A stretch of DNA of 64,000 nt from Vampirovibrionaceae bacterium NZW_1234 (GTDB taxonomy: Bacteria > Cyanobacteriota > Vampirovibrionia > Vampirovibrionales > JAGQHJ01), in assembly GCA_041697335.1 (NCBI GenBank), contig JBGUGD010000015.1, positions 128,001-192,000 of the forward strand. Reading direction: 5' to 3'. The notes under the pieces were generated by a model. It saw nothing but the letters and a program-made list of their open reading frames with translations, made no database searches and was not told the DNA's origin. The translations under genes were made by a program, and so were the position numbers. This document shows, in pieces, positions 1-9,726 of this stretch (positions within the stretch are counted from its first letter, which is position 1; each line of letters starts with the position of its first letter).

Positions 1-1
1 G

Positions 2-784
2 GAACAGGAAAGCATTTACATCATCCGGGAAGCTTACCGCAAAATTAAAAATATTGGGGTTCTCTGGTCCATCGGCAAAGACTCGACAGTGCTCTTGTGG
101 CTGATTCGCAAGGCCTTTTTCGGCCAGGTTCCCATCCCGCTGATTCACATTGATACCACCTATAAAATCCCGGAAATGATTGCCTATCGGGATCGCTTTG
201 TCGCCGAAAACGGCTTAAAGCTCATTGTGGGTAAAAACCAGGCCGAACTCGACAACGGGATGAACCACACTCGGGGGCGCCTGGTCTGTTGTACCGCCTT
301 AAAAACCGATGCCCTTAAATTGACGGTGGAAGCCCATAAGTTTGAGGGCATTATCCTGGGCATTCGTGCCGATGAAGAAGGCAGCCGCGGCAAGGAGCGG
401 ATCTTCAGCCCCCGCAATTACCAGTCCGAATGGGACGTCACGGAGCAGCCGCCGGAGTTTTGGGATGCCTATAAGACCGACTTTCCCAAGGGCGATCACA
501 TTCGCATTCACCCCATGCTCAAATGGACGGAGCTCGATATTTGGCGCTATATTGAGCGGGAAAAGATTCCCGTCATCGATCTGTACTTTGCCAATAACGA
601 TGGCTATCGCTACCGCAGTTTGGGGTGTGCCCCCTGCACGGCCCCCATCCGCTCCAATGCCCGAACGGTCGCCGAAATTATTGAGGAACTCGCCACAACC
701 TCGACCAGCGAAAGGGCTGGACGGGCACAGGATCAAGATGACCTGCATGCCATGGAAAAGTTACGGGTAAAGGGGTACATGTAG
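2..784 (+). CDS. cysD: Sulfate adenylyltransferase subunit 2 (5'-truncated by window edge)
   Basis: Frame is open from position 2 ([11 protein letters not shown]...WSIGKDSTV); PAPS-reductase-family motifs [24 protein letters not shown] and C-terminal [10 protein letters not shown]; directly followed by cysN. Confidence 0.95.
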   Translation, partial: EQESIYIIREAYRKIKNIGVLWSIGKDSTVLLWLIRKAFFGQVPIPLIHIDTTYKIPEMIAYRDRFVAENGLKLIVGKNQAELDNGMNHTRGRLVCCTALKTDALKLTVEAHKFEGIILGIRADEEGSRGKERIFSPRNYQSEWDVTEQPPEFWDAYKTDFPKGDHIRIHPMLKWTELDIWRYIEREKIPVIDLYFANNDGYRYRSLGCAPCTAPIRSNARTVAEIIEELATTSTSERAGRAQDQDDLHAMEKLRVKGYM

Positions 785-786
785 TT

Positions 787-2451
787 ATGCTGAACACCAC
801 CTCCACGAACTTGTCGCCATCTGTGACCCAAACGCCCTCCCTGACGATACCCACCCGAGAGCCCATTAAGCTGGTGGTCGTTGGCCATGTGGATCATGGC
901 AAATCCAGCCTTATTGGTCGCCTGCTGTATGACACCAACAGCTTGAGCGAAGGGCAGTTGGAAAAAGTCCGAGCCATTTGCGAAGAACAAAGCAAGCCCC
1001 TGGAGCTGGCCTTTTTATTGGATGCCCTGGAAGCAGAGCAGCTTCAAGGCATTACCATCGATACCACGCGTATTTTATTTCACCTGAGCAATCGGGATGT
1101 GTGGATTATTGATGCCCCGGGACACAAGGAATTCTTGAAAAATATGGTCTCCGGCGCCGCCCAGGCCGATGCCGCCCTCCTAATTATTGATGCCCTGGAA
1201 GGCATTCAGGAACAATCCAAGCGCCATGGCTATTTGCTCAGCATGTTGGGCATTCGCGACGTGGTCGTCCTGATGAATAAAATGGATTTGGTCGACTACC
1301 GCCAGGCGGTTTTTACTGCGCTGGAGCAGGAGATCACGGACTTTTTGGCCCAGCTGAATATGCACCCCAAGGCCATTCTTCCTGTAAGCGCCCTAACCGG
1401 GGAAAATGTCACCCGAACCTCGGGAGAAATGCCATGGTACTCCGGGCCCACACTGTTGGACATCTTGCAGCATGTTGAGCCTCGACGCCAGAGCCAGAGC
1501 GAGGTCTTACGACTCAGTGTTCAGGATGTCTACAAGTTTGACGAGCGCCGCATTATTGTCGGGCGAGTGGAAAGCGGCTCCCTGCGAGTGGGCGATACCG
1601 TTCAGGTTCTCCCGACAGGGCAGCTCTCCCAAATCAGCGGATTCGAGTCGTGGCCGCCCTCTGACGAACCTCTGACCCAGGTTTTTGCCGGGCAAACCGT
1701 GGGGCTTCAACTGCGTGATCCCTTGTTTGTGGAACGAGGCCACATGCTGGTCCATCCCAACCAAGGCCCCCATCCCACGCGTTACGTTTCGGCCAATATT
1801 TTCTGGATGGCCCCGGCCCCGCTAGCTCCGGGAGTTTCCTACAGACTCAAACTCGGCACACAAGAAGTTCATGCCCGGGTCCATCGCATTGAGCGCGTGC
1901 TCAACGCATCTTCCTTGGCTCTCAACGATGTCCAGGATCAGGTGCCCCAGTTTGAGACGGCGGAAGTCATCTTTCGGACCGAGCAACCCTTGATGGCCGA
2001 TCCGTTTCATTGCCTGCCCACAACAGGGCGCTTTGTTGTGATGCACAACTACGATGTCGCCGGAGGCGGCATTGTGCTGAAGGCTTCCAACGAGCTTGAG
2101 CCGGATCGTTCGGGCGAGCCTGGTGTTTCCCAGAGCCTTCGCGAAATAGCCCATGGCCATAAGGCCCAGGTTGTCCTCCTGGAAAAAGCCTCGCCAGCCG
2201 ATTTACACACATTGGAGCGGTTGTTGTTCCAGGCCGGGATCCATGCCATTGCCCTGGCAGACACACCCAAAGCCGAGCCTGTGCGGATCCTGTGCCAAGG
2301 ATACCTTAAAGCCGGTTTCGTGGTCCTTCTGTCAAAATCCTTGCTGCCGGAGTCCTTTCCCCTGGACGCGTTGGACCCGCTGCTTTCCGTTACGTCCGAT
2401 GTCGACTCATTGCATACCTTAAATCGGATTCAAGAGGCGATCCAGCTCTAG
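787..2451 (+). CDS. cysN: Sulfate adenylyltransferase subunit 1 (EF-Tu-like GTPase) with degenerate APS-kinase-like tail
   Basis: [19 protein letters not shown] and NKMD motifs; TGRFVV...GGGIV; starts 2 nt after the cysD stop. Confidence 0.92.
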   Translation: MLNTTSTNLSPSVTQTPSLTIPTREPIKLVVVGHVDHGKSSLIGRLLYDTNSLSEGQLEKVRAICEEQSKPLELAFLLDALEAEQLQGITIDTTRILFHLSNRDVWIIDAPGHKEFLKNMVSGAAQADAALLIIDALEGIQEQSKRHGYLLSMLGIRDVVVLMNKMDLVDYRQAVFTALEQEITDFLAQLNMHPKAILPVSALTGENVTRTSGEMPWYSGPTLLDILQHVEPRRQSQSEVLRLSVQDVYKFDERRIIVGRVESGSLRVGDTVQVLPTGQLSQISGFESWPPSDEPLTQVFAGQTVGLQLRDPLFVERGHMLVHPNQGPHPTRYVSANIFWMAPAPLAPGVSYRLKLGTQEVHARVHRIERVLNASSLALNDVQDQVPQFETAEVIFRTEQPLMADPFHCLPTTGRFVVMHNYDVAGGGIVLKASNELEPDRSGEPGVSQSLREIAHGHKAQVVLLEKASPADLHTLERLLFQAGIHAIALADTPKAEPVRILCQGYLKAGFVVLLSKSLLPESFPLDALDPLLSVTSDVDSLHTLNRIQEAIQL

Positions 2452-2798
2452 CTGGTTTCTTTGGGACGCTGTCTCAGGCATGCCGGGCAGAGAAACGCAG
2501 GCTCCCAAGCGGCATCGGCATGCCCATCGGCGGCAAACGCCTCGTTTTGTCTGGCCCACATTAAGACAATCTCCCTTTCCCGGGGATCCTGGAGCAAATC
2601 TTCGTAATACAATATCCGAAGCACTGCGTAGGAAACCTCATAGAATTGGGCCAGCTTGGTCAAATTCGGCGGCGACGGCGCATACATCCCCCGTTCATAG
2701 CGGCTGATCTCAATGCGTTTAATGCCGGTTGCCTTTTCAACCTGTGCCAACGAGCGCGTATTGCGCAATTCCTTCAGTCTTTGCCCTAGGCAGGACAT
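2448..2798 (-). CDS. XRE-family helix-turn-helix regulator
   Basis: LGQRLKELR...[11 protein letters not shown]...ISRYERG...[11 protein letters not shown] is a classic XRE HTH; start at 2798 chosen (track gives 2822). Confidence 0.8.
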   Translation of the reverse strand: MSCLGQRLKELRNTRSLAQVEKATGIKRIEISRYERGMYAPSPPNLTKLAQFYEVSYAVLRILYYEDLLQDPREREIVLMWARQNEAFAADGHADAAWEPAFLCPACLRQRPKETS

Positions 2799-2830
2799 AA
2801 ACAGCCATAAAGCAACATGCAAACACCCTT

Positions 2831-2857
2831 GTAGGGCGGGTCCCTACAACCCTAACC
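2831..2857. promoter_or_regulatory. Operator-like palindrome GTAGG-N7-CCTAC plus AACCCTAACC, copy 1
   Basis: Same 20 specified bases as the copy at 3088-3114. Confidence 0.5.
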
Positions 2858-3056
2858 ATTACGTTAATATTGTATAGTCAAGAAGCCAGATATCAAGGGT
2901 GTCCTAACAGAATCATCCAACCAGCCGACTCGTGTGCCTTTTGGGGCAGAATTCTCTGCCGTATGGTGGATTTTTGAAATAGATTATTTTTTCTTCTTTT
3001 TAGGACACAGCCTTGGTTTCCGGATTTTAAAAAACACCGCGTTGCAAAACCAAGCG

Positions 3057-3085
3057 TTGACAGCCTGAATTCAAAATGTTAAATT
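3057..3085 (+). promoter_or_regulatory. Sigma70-type promoter upstream of the globin-coupled sensor
   Basis: TTGACA (3057-3062), 17 nt, TAAATT (3080-3085), with TGn extended -10. Confidence 0.7.
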
Positions 3086-3087
3086 CA

Positions 3088-3114
3088 GTAGGATAAACCC
3101 CTACAACCCTAACC
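3088..3114. promoter_or_regulatory. Operator-like palindrome GTAGG-N7-CCTAC plus AACCCTAACC, copy 2 (overlaps predicted +1)
   Basis: Direct repeat of 2831-2857, immediately after the -10 box. Confidence 0.5.
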
Positions 3115-3306
3115 CGTTCATTACCGGAACAAGTGAAAAAGAGAGGCATTCTTTTTCCAGTGTTGAGAGGTATACTGCTCATTCTGTTCTGTCGCTCGTG
3201 TGATTGGAGTTCGCCAGAGCGGAAAAATTAATACGCGTTATTTTTAAGAGCCCTCCAGCGTGTATCAACCGTTTTAGGGGAGGCTACATTTAGGGAGTGA
3301 ATTCAC

Positions 3307-4937
3307 ATGCAACGCATGGTGGAAAAATCAACGATCGATTATGACGAACGCAACCGGCTTGACTTTCTGGACATTGATGACGAAACCCGAGAAGACTTAA
3401 AAACCGTCCGAGACATGATTATTAAGAAGCTCCCGGAGATCATTGACGGGTTTTATGCCCATGTGCTCCATGTCCCGGAACTACGCGCCAAAATGGGCAG
3501 CGACAGCAATATTCAACGCCTCAAACAGGTTCAAGCCCAGCACTGGGCCAACCTGTTTTCAGCCCAATTTGATGGACACTACATGAATAACGTCAACCAA
3601 ATCGGCCAATCCCACGTCAAGATTGGCCTGGAGCCCCGCTGGTACTTGGGGGGGTATTGTTATGCCCTCAACCAAATCGTATGCCAAACAGCCCAAACCT
3701 ATTGGTGGACTCCCAAACGGCTTTGCAAGGTCCTGGCGGCCATCAACAAAGCCGTCTTTCTGGATATAGACCTTGCCATTTCGACCTACATTGATACGAT
3801 TTTAGGTGAAATCCGCAAGAATGCGTCCACCGTGGCTTCTGCCGCCGAAGAGCTTTCGGCCACCTCAACCCAAATGCAAGCCAGCTCCGACGACATGTGC
3901 ACCACCATTCAAGCGACCGCCGAGGATACAGAGGCCATGGATTCCAGCATCCAATCTGTCGCGGCGCCATTGAGCAATCCTCTGCCAATATTCAGGCCGT
4001 GTCCCAAAGCACCACGGAAATCGACACGACTATGTCCACTGTGGGTCAGGCCGCCTCACAGGTTTCTGAAAAAATGCACCGGGTCTCAGGTGTGGCGCAA
4101 GACATGTCGAGCTCCGTCCAAATGGTGGCCGCTGCCATGGAAGAGATGTCTGCCTCGCTGAAGGAAGTCGCTAAAAATGCTGTCCAAGCGGCTAAAGTCT
4201 CATCCAAAGGTGAACAATGCGCTAAGTCCACCCGATCCATTGTGGACAGCCTGGGGAATTCGGCTCGGGAAATCGGACAGGTCATTGAGGTTATCAATAA
4301 TATTGCCGCCCAAACCAACCTGTTGGCCTTGAACGCCACCATCGAAGCGGCCAGTGCTGGTGAAGCCGGCAAGGGCTTTGCCGTGGTTGCAAACGAAGTC
4401 AAAGAGCTGGCCAAGCAATCCGCCTCGGCGACCGAAGACATTCGCATCCGCATCGAATCGATTCAAAGCAACACCCAATCGGTCATCACGGCCATTAACG
4501 AAATCAGCGAGGTGATGGCCGAAATGAACCTGATTAACGAAACCATTGCCAGCGCCGTGGAAGAGCAGACCGTCACGTCCAACGAAATCAGCTTTAATAT
4601 CTCCAATAGCGCAACCCAAGCCCAGACCGTTTCGGAAAACGTGCAAGAGACCCTCGTCATTTCCCAGCACGTCAATCAACTAGCCCAAACCTCTTCTGGA
4701 ACGGTCAAGGACATGAAGGCCCAAACCGACAGTGCTGCCGAAGGCAGCAAGGAGATTGTCACCAGTTCCCAGGAGGCCGCCATGCGAGCCAAAAAAGTGG
4801 CAACCAACGTTCGCCAAGTCTTCGAGTCGGCAAATCAAACCTCTCAAGGCGCCAGTGCGTTAAAAGCCGCAGCTTCAGAACTGAGTCAGTCGGCCGATAA
4901 ACTGAACGCCCTCGTTGCCCAATTCAGCAAGCACTGA
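3307..4937 (+). pseudogene. Globin-coupled sensor / soluble methyl-accepting chemotaxis protein (HemAT-like), frameshifted near 3966 (or sequencing error)
   Basis: Protoglobin domain in frame 3307 (IIDGFYAH, IGQSHVKIGLEPRWYLGGY); MCP signalling domain in frame 3897-4937 ([37 protein letters not shown]); adding one G at GCGGCG^CCATT restores QSVAAAIEQSS. Confidence 0.85.
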
Positions 4938-4991
4938 CGACCCGTCTTTTCTCGCTGTCCGAATCGGGACAGCCTATTGCAACAGGTAACT

Positions 4992-5033
4992 GGCTTACCC
5001 TCATGCTTGACGTTATAGGGTAGGCCTTTTTTT
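4992..5033 (+). terminator. Probable intrinsic terminator
   Basis: GGCTTACCCT...AGGGTAGGCC stem followed by T7. Confidence 0.55.
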
Positions 5034-5220
5034 AGGCAGGAGAACTACTTCGTAGGGCCCTGCCTCTGAAACGGCATGGTGAGAGATTGGCAACCTGTCT
5101 TAGGTCACCTGACAGATCCGACATTGACGGGACTGACATATACTTCAGAACGTTTCAAAAAAGAATCCCCCTCACTTCGTTTCACCCCAAGCCAGAGCAC
5201 AAGACATCAAAGGAGATCCT

Positions 5221-5967
5221 ATGAACACGACAACGGAACCCCCTCGCGTGGCAGTGGTCACCGGTGGCGTCCGCGGCATCGGACGCGCCATTTCGGAAGA
5301 GCTTTGCAAGGAAGGCTATGTGGTCATTGCCACCTACCGTAACCGCCAGGATCAAGCCGAAGCGTTGGAAAAAATGTTTGAAGACCGCATATTCACCCGT
5401 AAAACCGATGTGTCCGATATGGACGAGGTCGATGCCCTGTTTCAGGAGATTCAACACACCTGGGGACGCGTGGATGTGCTGGTCAACAATGCCGGGATCA
5501 ACATCGATCGGACCTTTCATAAAATGGGGGCCAACGAATGGCATCAGGTCATTGATGTGAATTTGAACGGCACGTTTTATTGCTGTAACCGCGCCATTCC
5601 GCTGATGCGGGATCAGGCCTTCGGTCGCATTATTAACATCTCCTCCATTGTGGGGCAGAAAGGCAATTTCGGTCAGGCCAACTATGCCGCCTCCAAGGCC
5701 GGCTTACTGGGGTTAACCAAGACACTGGCCCTGGAAAATGCGGTCAAAGGCATTACGGTCAATGCCATTTGTCCCGGCTTCATTGAAACCGACATGGTCA
5801 ATGCCATTCCTGACGACGTCAAAGAACGCATCCAGGATGAAATTCCGATGAAGCGCTTTGGCACGGCCCGGGAAGTGGCTCGGGTGGTTGGGTTTCTGGC
5901 CTCCCAGGATGCGGGCTATATTACAGGCCAGGAGCTGAACATCAACGGGGGGCTCCTGACCCATTAA
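5221..5967 (+). CDS. phaB: Acetoacetyl-CoA reductase / 3-oxoacyl reductase (PhaB/FabG-type SDR)
   Basis: TGGVRGIG, NNAGI and YAASK motifs; GQKGNFGQANY and ELNINGG are typical of the PhaB subfamily; GGAG RBS. Confidence 0.7.
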   Translation: MNTTTEPPRVAVVTGGVRGIGRAISEELCKEGYVVIATYRNRQDQAEALEKMFEDRIFTRKTDVSDMDEVDALFQEIQHTWGRVDVLVNNAGINIDRTFHKMGANEWHQVIDVNLNGTFYCCNRAIPLMRDQAFGRIINISSIVGQKGNFGQANYAASKAGLLGLTKTLALENAVKGITVNAICPGFIETDMVNAIPDDVKERIQDEIPMKRFGTAREVARVVGFLASQDAGYITGQELNINGGLLTH

Positions 5968-6062
5968 TAACAACCAGCGGGTCAACTCACCTCAGACCGC
6001 ACAGAATACCCGCATAACTGTGTCACCGCTTTTTGCGTGGCCGGCATCCCGGCAACTGCAAA

Positions 6063-6079
6063 TGTAACAATCGCGTAAT
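6063..6079. promoter_or_regulatory. TGTAAC-N5-CGTAAT direct-repeat site
   Basis: Recurs at 7721, 36289 and 56487, each 100-130 nt upstream of a start codon. Confidence 0.45.
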
Positions 6080-6123
6080 ATCGGAACCCAAAGATAGCAA
6101 TTCTGCATACGTAAGATTTTTAT

Positions 6124-6140
6124 TTTATATATAGTTTATC
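6124..6140 (+). promoter_or_regulatory. TTTATAT-N6-TATC element upstream of the Met-rich gene
   Basis: Same element at 7781-7797 and 37832-37848. Confidence 0.45.
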
Positions 6141-6162
6141 TTTAATATGTATAGGGTTACGT

Positions 6163-7419
6163 ATGTCCTCTTTGGGTAAGCTTTTACCGCTGTTTCTCAT
6201 ACAGCAAACACAGGCCGCTCAGCAACCCGCTGCGCAGTACGATGACTATGGCTACGATTCCCCGTTTGACATGGGTCCCGGTGGCATCGATTCCTTTGAG
6301 TCATCCCGCGGCTGGCCGCCCTTGGACATGGCCCCACCTGAGCCCCCCCCGCCAGCAATGGATCCGATGATGCTCATCGTCATGATGCAGATGATGAAGA
6401 AGGACGGCGATTCTGAAGACGGCGGCCTCGACCCTATGATGCTCATGATGATGATGGGCCAAGGCAAGATGGACCCCATGATGATGCTCCTGATGATGAA
6501 GATGGGGGACAAGGACGACAGCACCACAGGCGATTCCAAAGACGGCATTGATCCCATGATGCTTATGATGATGATGGGCGGTGCCGGCGGCGCAGGTGGC
6601 GCCGGGGGTATGGATCCCATGATGATGATCGTCATGATGCAGATGATGGAGAAGGACGGCGATTCTGAAGACGGCGGCCTTAACCCCATGATGCTCATGA
6701 TGATGATGGGCGGCAACATGGACCCCATGATGATGCTCTTGATGATGAAAATGGGGGACAAGGACGACACCACCACAGGCGGTGACAATGATGACGGCAT
6801 CGATATGAAGACCCTGATGATGATGTCCATGATGTCCGGTGCCGGAGGCCCGGGCGGTCCCGGTGGCCCGGGCGGTCCGGGTGGTGGCATGGATCCGATG
6901 ATGATGATCCTGATGATGAAAATGATGGGCGATGACAACGGCTCGGGTGGCATGGACATGAAGACCCTGATGATGATGTCCATGATGTCTGGGGGCGGCA
7001 TGGATCCGATGATGATGCTCCTGATGATGAAAATGGGCGATAACAATAGCCCCCCCGGCAGTGGTAGCGGCCTGGATATGAAAGACATGATGCTGTTCTC
7101 CATGATGTCTGGAGGCGGCGGCGATATGATGGGCATGATGATGATGATGTCCATGATGAACGGCGATATGGACATCAAAGACTTTATGTTGTTCTCCATG
7201 CTCTCCGGTGGCCTGGATCCGGGTGGAATGATGATGATGATGATGCTCAGGGGCGATAGGCCAAGAACGGTCATTCCCAGAGGCAACACCCTGGTGAGCG
7301 GCACAAACATTGCCAATAACTATGGCACCGTGGGCAATATGGTGAACAACCTCAGCAGCTTTTCAACCAACAATTTCTTTGGCGGCAATTTTATGAGAAT
7401 GGGCAGCTTCTGGGGCTAG
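6163..7419 (+). CDS. Methionine-rich low-complexity repeat protein of unknown function
   Basis: 418 aa, about 104 Met by hand count (~25%); repeated (M)DPMMMxxMM blocks in Gly/Asp/Lys linkers; paralogous cassette in the 37918 protein supports this strand. Confidence 0.85.
   Translation: MSSLGKLLPLFLIQQTQAAQQPAAQYDDYGYDSPFDMGPGGIDSFESSRGWPPLDMAPPEPPPPAMDPMMLIVMMQMMKKDGDSEDGGLDPMMLMMMMGQGKMDPMMMLLMMKMGDKDDSTTGDSKDGIDPMMLMMMMGGAGGAGGAGGMDPMMMIVMMQMMEKDGDSEDGGLNPMMLMMMMGGNMDPMMMLLMMKMGDKDDTTTGGDNDDGIDMKTLMMMSMMSGAGGPGGPGGPGGPGGGMDPMMMILMMKMMGDDNGSGGMDMKTLMMMSMMSGGGMDPMMMLLMMKMGDNNSPPGSGSGLDMKDMMLFSMMSGGGGDMMGMMMMMSMMNGDMDIKDFMLFSMLSGGLDPGGMMMMMMLRGDRPRTVIPRGNTLVSGTNIANNYGTVGNMVNNLSSFSTNNFFGGNFMRMGSFWG
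6358..6780 (+). repeat. Intragenic duplication, period 252 nt (84 aa)
   Basis: ATGGATCC.ATGATG...GACGGCGATTCTGAAGACGGCGGCCT starts at 6358 and at 6610. Confidence 0.8.
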
Positions 7420-7720
7420 CCTCCAGCAATGCTTGACCAGCGCCTCACACATATTGGGCGCCCTGGAAAATTTCGAGATGCCCTGCCCTTCTGACGGCCC
7501 CCCTAAAGCGCCGCACGGTTTCACCGTCAAGGGTGACCAACGGGCGTCTTTCTCCCAATACTCTGTTGCTCACCAGGGCTGTATCGTTTCTCTAGACCCA
7601 ATAATTTTCCCCATATTTTACAACTCAAGTCCGCCATCAAAAGCGTCAGAACGTTTTTTGGAGGCAAAAAAGTCTTGGTAAAGCCACGTTCGAGAGGGTT
7701 TTGGCAGCGCCAAAAAAAGT

Positions 7721-7737
7721 TGTAACAAATCCGAAAT
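7721..7737. promoter_or_regulatory. TGTAAC-N5-CGAAAT direct-repeat site
   Basis: Matches the 6063 site; 111 nt upstream of ATG 7832. Confidence 0.45.
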
Positions 7738-7780
7738 ATATCTAAAAAATAAGGCAATTATATAACTAATTAATTTTTTA

Positions 7781-7797
7781 TTTATATACAAGATATC
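7781..7797 (+). promoter_or_regulatory. TTTATAT-N6-TATC element upstream of the Leu-rich gene
   Basis: 60 nt after the TGTAAC site (61 nt at the 6063/6124 locus). Confidence 0.45.
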
Positions 7798-7831
7798 CAT
7801 TATATTAGTTGTCAACATAGAGGAATCAACA

Positions 7832-8362
7832 ATGGGTTTAAGTAATCTCCAATCCCCTGGGTTCGACCCCATATCGGCTTATATGGCTGGTGGTGCCGGT
7901 GGTGCTGGTGGCATCGGTGCTGGTGGTTTCAATCCCCTCGCCATGGGCGGCGGTATTGATCAATTCCAAGCCAGAGCAGCTTGGCCCCCGCGCCCGCCTG
8001 TTCAACCCCCCGCGCCTCAAGGACCGGACCTGTCGTCTTTACTGCCAATCATCCTCTTGACGAGCATGGGCGGCGATGACAATGACAGTAAAGGTGGTAT
8101 CGGCAAGCTGCTTCCGCTCTTACTGCTCTCAGGCGCTGGCGGAGCCGGCGGTGCTGGCGGCGGTATCGGCCAACTCCTGCCCATCCTGCTCTTATCGGGC
8201 GGCCTGGGTGGCGACGACGACGATGACAAAAAAGGCGGCCTGAAAGACCTGTTACCGATTCTGCTCTTAAGTGGCGGTTTAGGTGGCAGTGGCGGCGGTG
8301 CCGGCGGTCTCGGCTCGATTCTGCCCTTGCTGTTGCTGGGTGGTCTTGGCGGCGACGACTAA
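7832..8362 (+). CDS. Gly/Leu-rich repeat protein (five LLP[IL]LLL-type blocks) of unknown function
   Basis: AGAGGA RBS; five repeats separated by Gly or poly-Asp linkers; followed by a terminator. Confidence 0.85.
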   Translation: MGLSNLQSPGFDPISAYMAGGAGGAGGIGAGGFNPLAMGGGIDQFQARAAWPPRPPVQPPAPQGPDLSSLLPIILLTSMGGDDNDSKGGIGKLLPLLLLSGAGGAGGAGGGIGQLLPILLLSGGLGGDDDDDKKGGLKDLLPILLLSGGLGGSGGGAGGLGSILPLLLLGGLGGDD

Positions 8363-8399
8363 GCCAACCCCAAGCATCGAACTCAAAACCAAGTTTTTT

Positions 8400-8436
8400 A
8401 AATTCCCCTGGGCTGGATTCAGCACCAGGGGAATTT
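8400..8436. terminator. Hairpin terminator between convergent genes
   Basis: AAATTCCCCTGG / CCAGGGGAATTT 12-bp inverted repeat. Confidence 0.7.
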
Positions 8437-8458
8437 TGGTTTCAGCCTTCAATGGTGA

Positions 8459-9682
8459 CTAGCCGTCTACCTTGGGCGGATCCTCATGGACCGGAGCCTT
8501 TTGCTTGAAGAGGATTTGCTTGTTCCAGCGCAGATCCACAAATTGCAATTGATCCTGACGTTCCCGAATGGCTGGAATCAGGGGAAACAGTCGCTCCAGC
8601 CGGTCCATCACCAAACTGTCAGCACGCCCCACCCGGACTTTAAACCCGTCAAATTCAGCATAAATATCATAGGGATTGGTCAGATCCAAATACTGCAACT
8701 TGGTCAATCCGGGGCGACTGTTGAGGAACTGGGCTATTTCCCGGTAACGGGTCCAGGCTTGGGAATTCAGCTGTGTCAGTTGGGCCCGTTTAAGCACCAG
8801 GGGAATGGCCGAATCAAAGGACTTTTCGACCTGGGGGGTCAGCTTAAACGCCGCCAAATCGGTCCAGGAGCTGTCCCAATGAACCAGGTACGTGGGTTTG
8901 GGAGGCGTTACCTTCACGGAAGGTGCCTTCTCCAGAGTCTGATCCGGATTAACCGGCGAATCAGCCTTTGCCTCAGAGGCGGGCACTGTAACGTCAGTCT
9001 TGGAAGGCTCCTCCACCGGGGGCGTGGTATACACAATACCCCAGCTCGGTTTTTCGGAAACCACGATTTCTAACCCCACAGGAAATAAATGGCGCCGGAT
9101 ATGGATCTGATCCAACAGGGGCAACTCCTGCTTCATCTGACGTTCCAGAACCTGAGGGTTAATCTTATAAATGGCCTTCTGGTCCAGGGGCTCGATAAAA
9201 CGCAGAATATCCGCCCGAGTGATGAGTTTCGCGCCGGCCAAGGTCATATTCTGATGAGAAAACTGGAAATAAGGCGAGGATAAGAGCAAATACAGGCCTG
9301 CCAGCATCAGCATGCCCGCAAACAGACGGATCAGGCCACAGATCCGGTTGTAAAACACCCGCCGCTTTTTCTTCTCCCGGCGTTTCTGGAGATACACTTC
9401 CTGGCGTTTACGGGCCTTCTCCAACTGGTCTTCGCTTCGAGGCCGGGCGGATTCCATGGAGACGACTTTTTCCATGGGCGGCATCTCAGGTAACTGGGGC
9501 CCTTCCGCCACCGCCGTGGTACTGCTGACAAGCGCCATCTGAGGCAGCTCGACGCTGGCCACAGAGTCATCCGTCCTTGCGTCCAGACCCATGGGGTTTA
9601 GTTCAGACAAGCCCGCAGCATCCGGCTCCAGGTTTGCCCCTGGAGAGGAAAAGGACTGTTGCTGGGGATCATCCGGTGCCAT
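8459..9682 (-). CDS. ftsQ: Cell division protein FtsQ/DivIB
   Basis: Basic patch, single TM, POTRA-like region (IHIRRHLFPVGLEIVVSEK) and C-terminal VDLRW; downstream of ddl. Confidence 0.8.
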   Translation of the reverse strand: MAPDDPQQQSFSSPGANLEPDAAGLSELNPMGLDARTDDSVASVELPQMALVSSTTAVAEGPQLPEMPPMEKVVSMESARPRSEDQLEKARKRQEVYLQKRREKKKRRVFYNRICGLIRLFAGMLMLAGLYLLLSSPYFQFSHQNMTLAGAKLITRADILRFIEPLDQKAIYKINPQVLERQMKQELPLLDQIHIRRHLFPVGLEIVVSEKPSWGIVYTTPPVEEPSKTDVTVPASEAKADSPVNPDQTLEKAPSVKVTPPKPTYLVHWDSSWTDLAAFKLTPQVEKSFDSAIPLVLKRAQLTQLNSQAWTRYREIAQFLNSRPGLTKLQYLDLTNPYDIYAEFDGFKVRVGRADSLVMDRLERLFPLIPAIRERQDQLQFVDLRWNKQILFKQKAPVHEDPPKVDG

Positions 9683-9726
9683 GCCCACCTCTAGTCGTAC
9701 CTCCTATAAACACCCATGCCCTAGCG

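Noticed and set aside
3955..3975. Programmed ribosomal frameshift in the globin sensor
   Set aside because: No slippery heptamer or homopolymer at the junction
6252..7316. Ile-rich 354-aa minus-strand ORF (likewise 38580-39002 and the His-rich 38644-39045)
   Set aside because: Reverse-complement artefact of (ATG)n runs; the plus strand has the promoter elements and paralogous conservation
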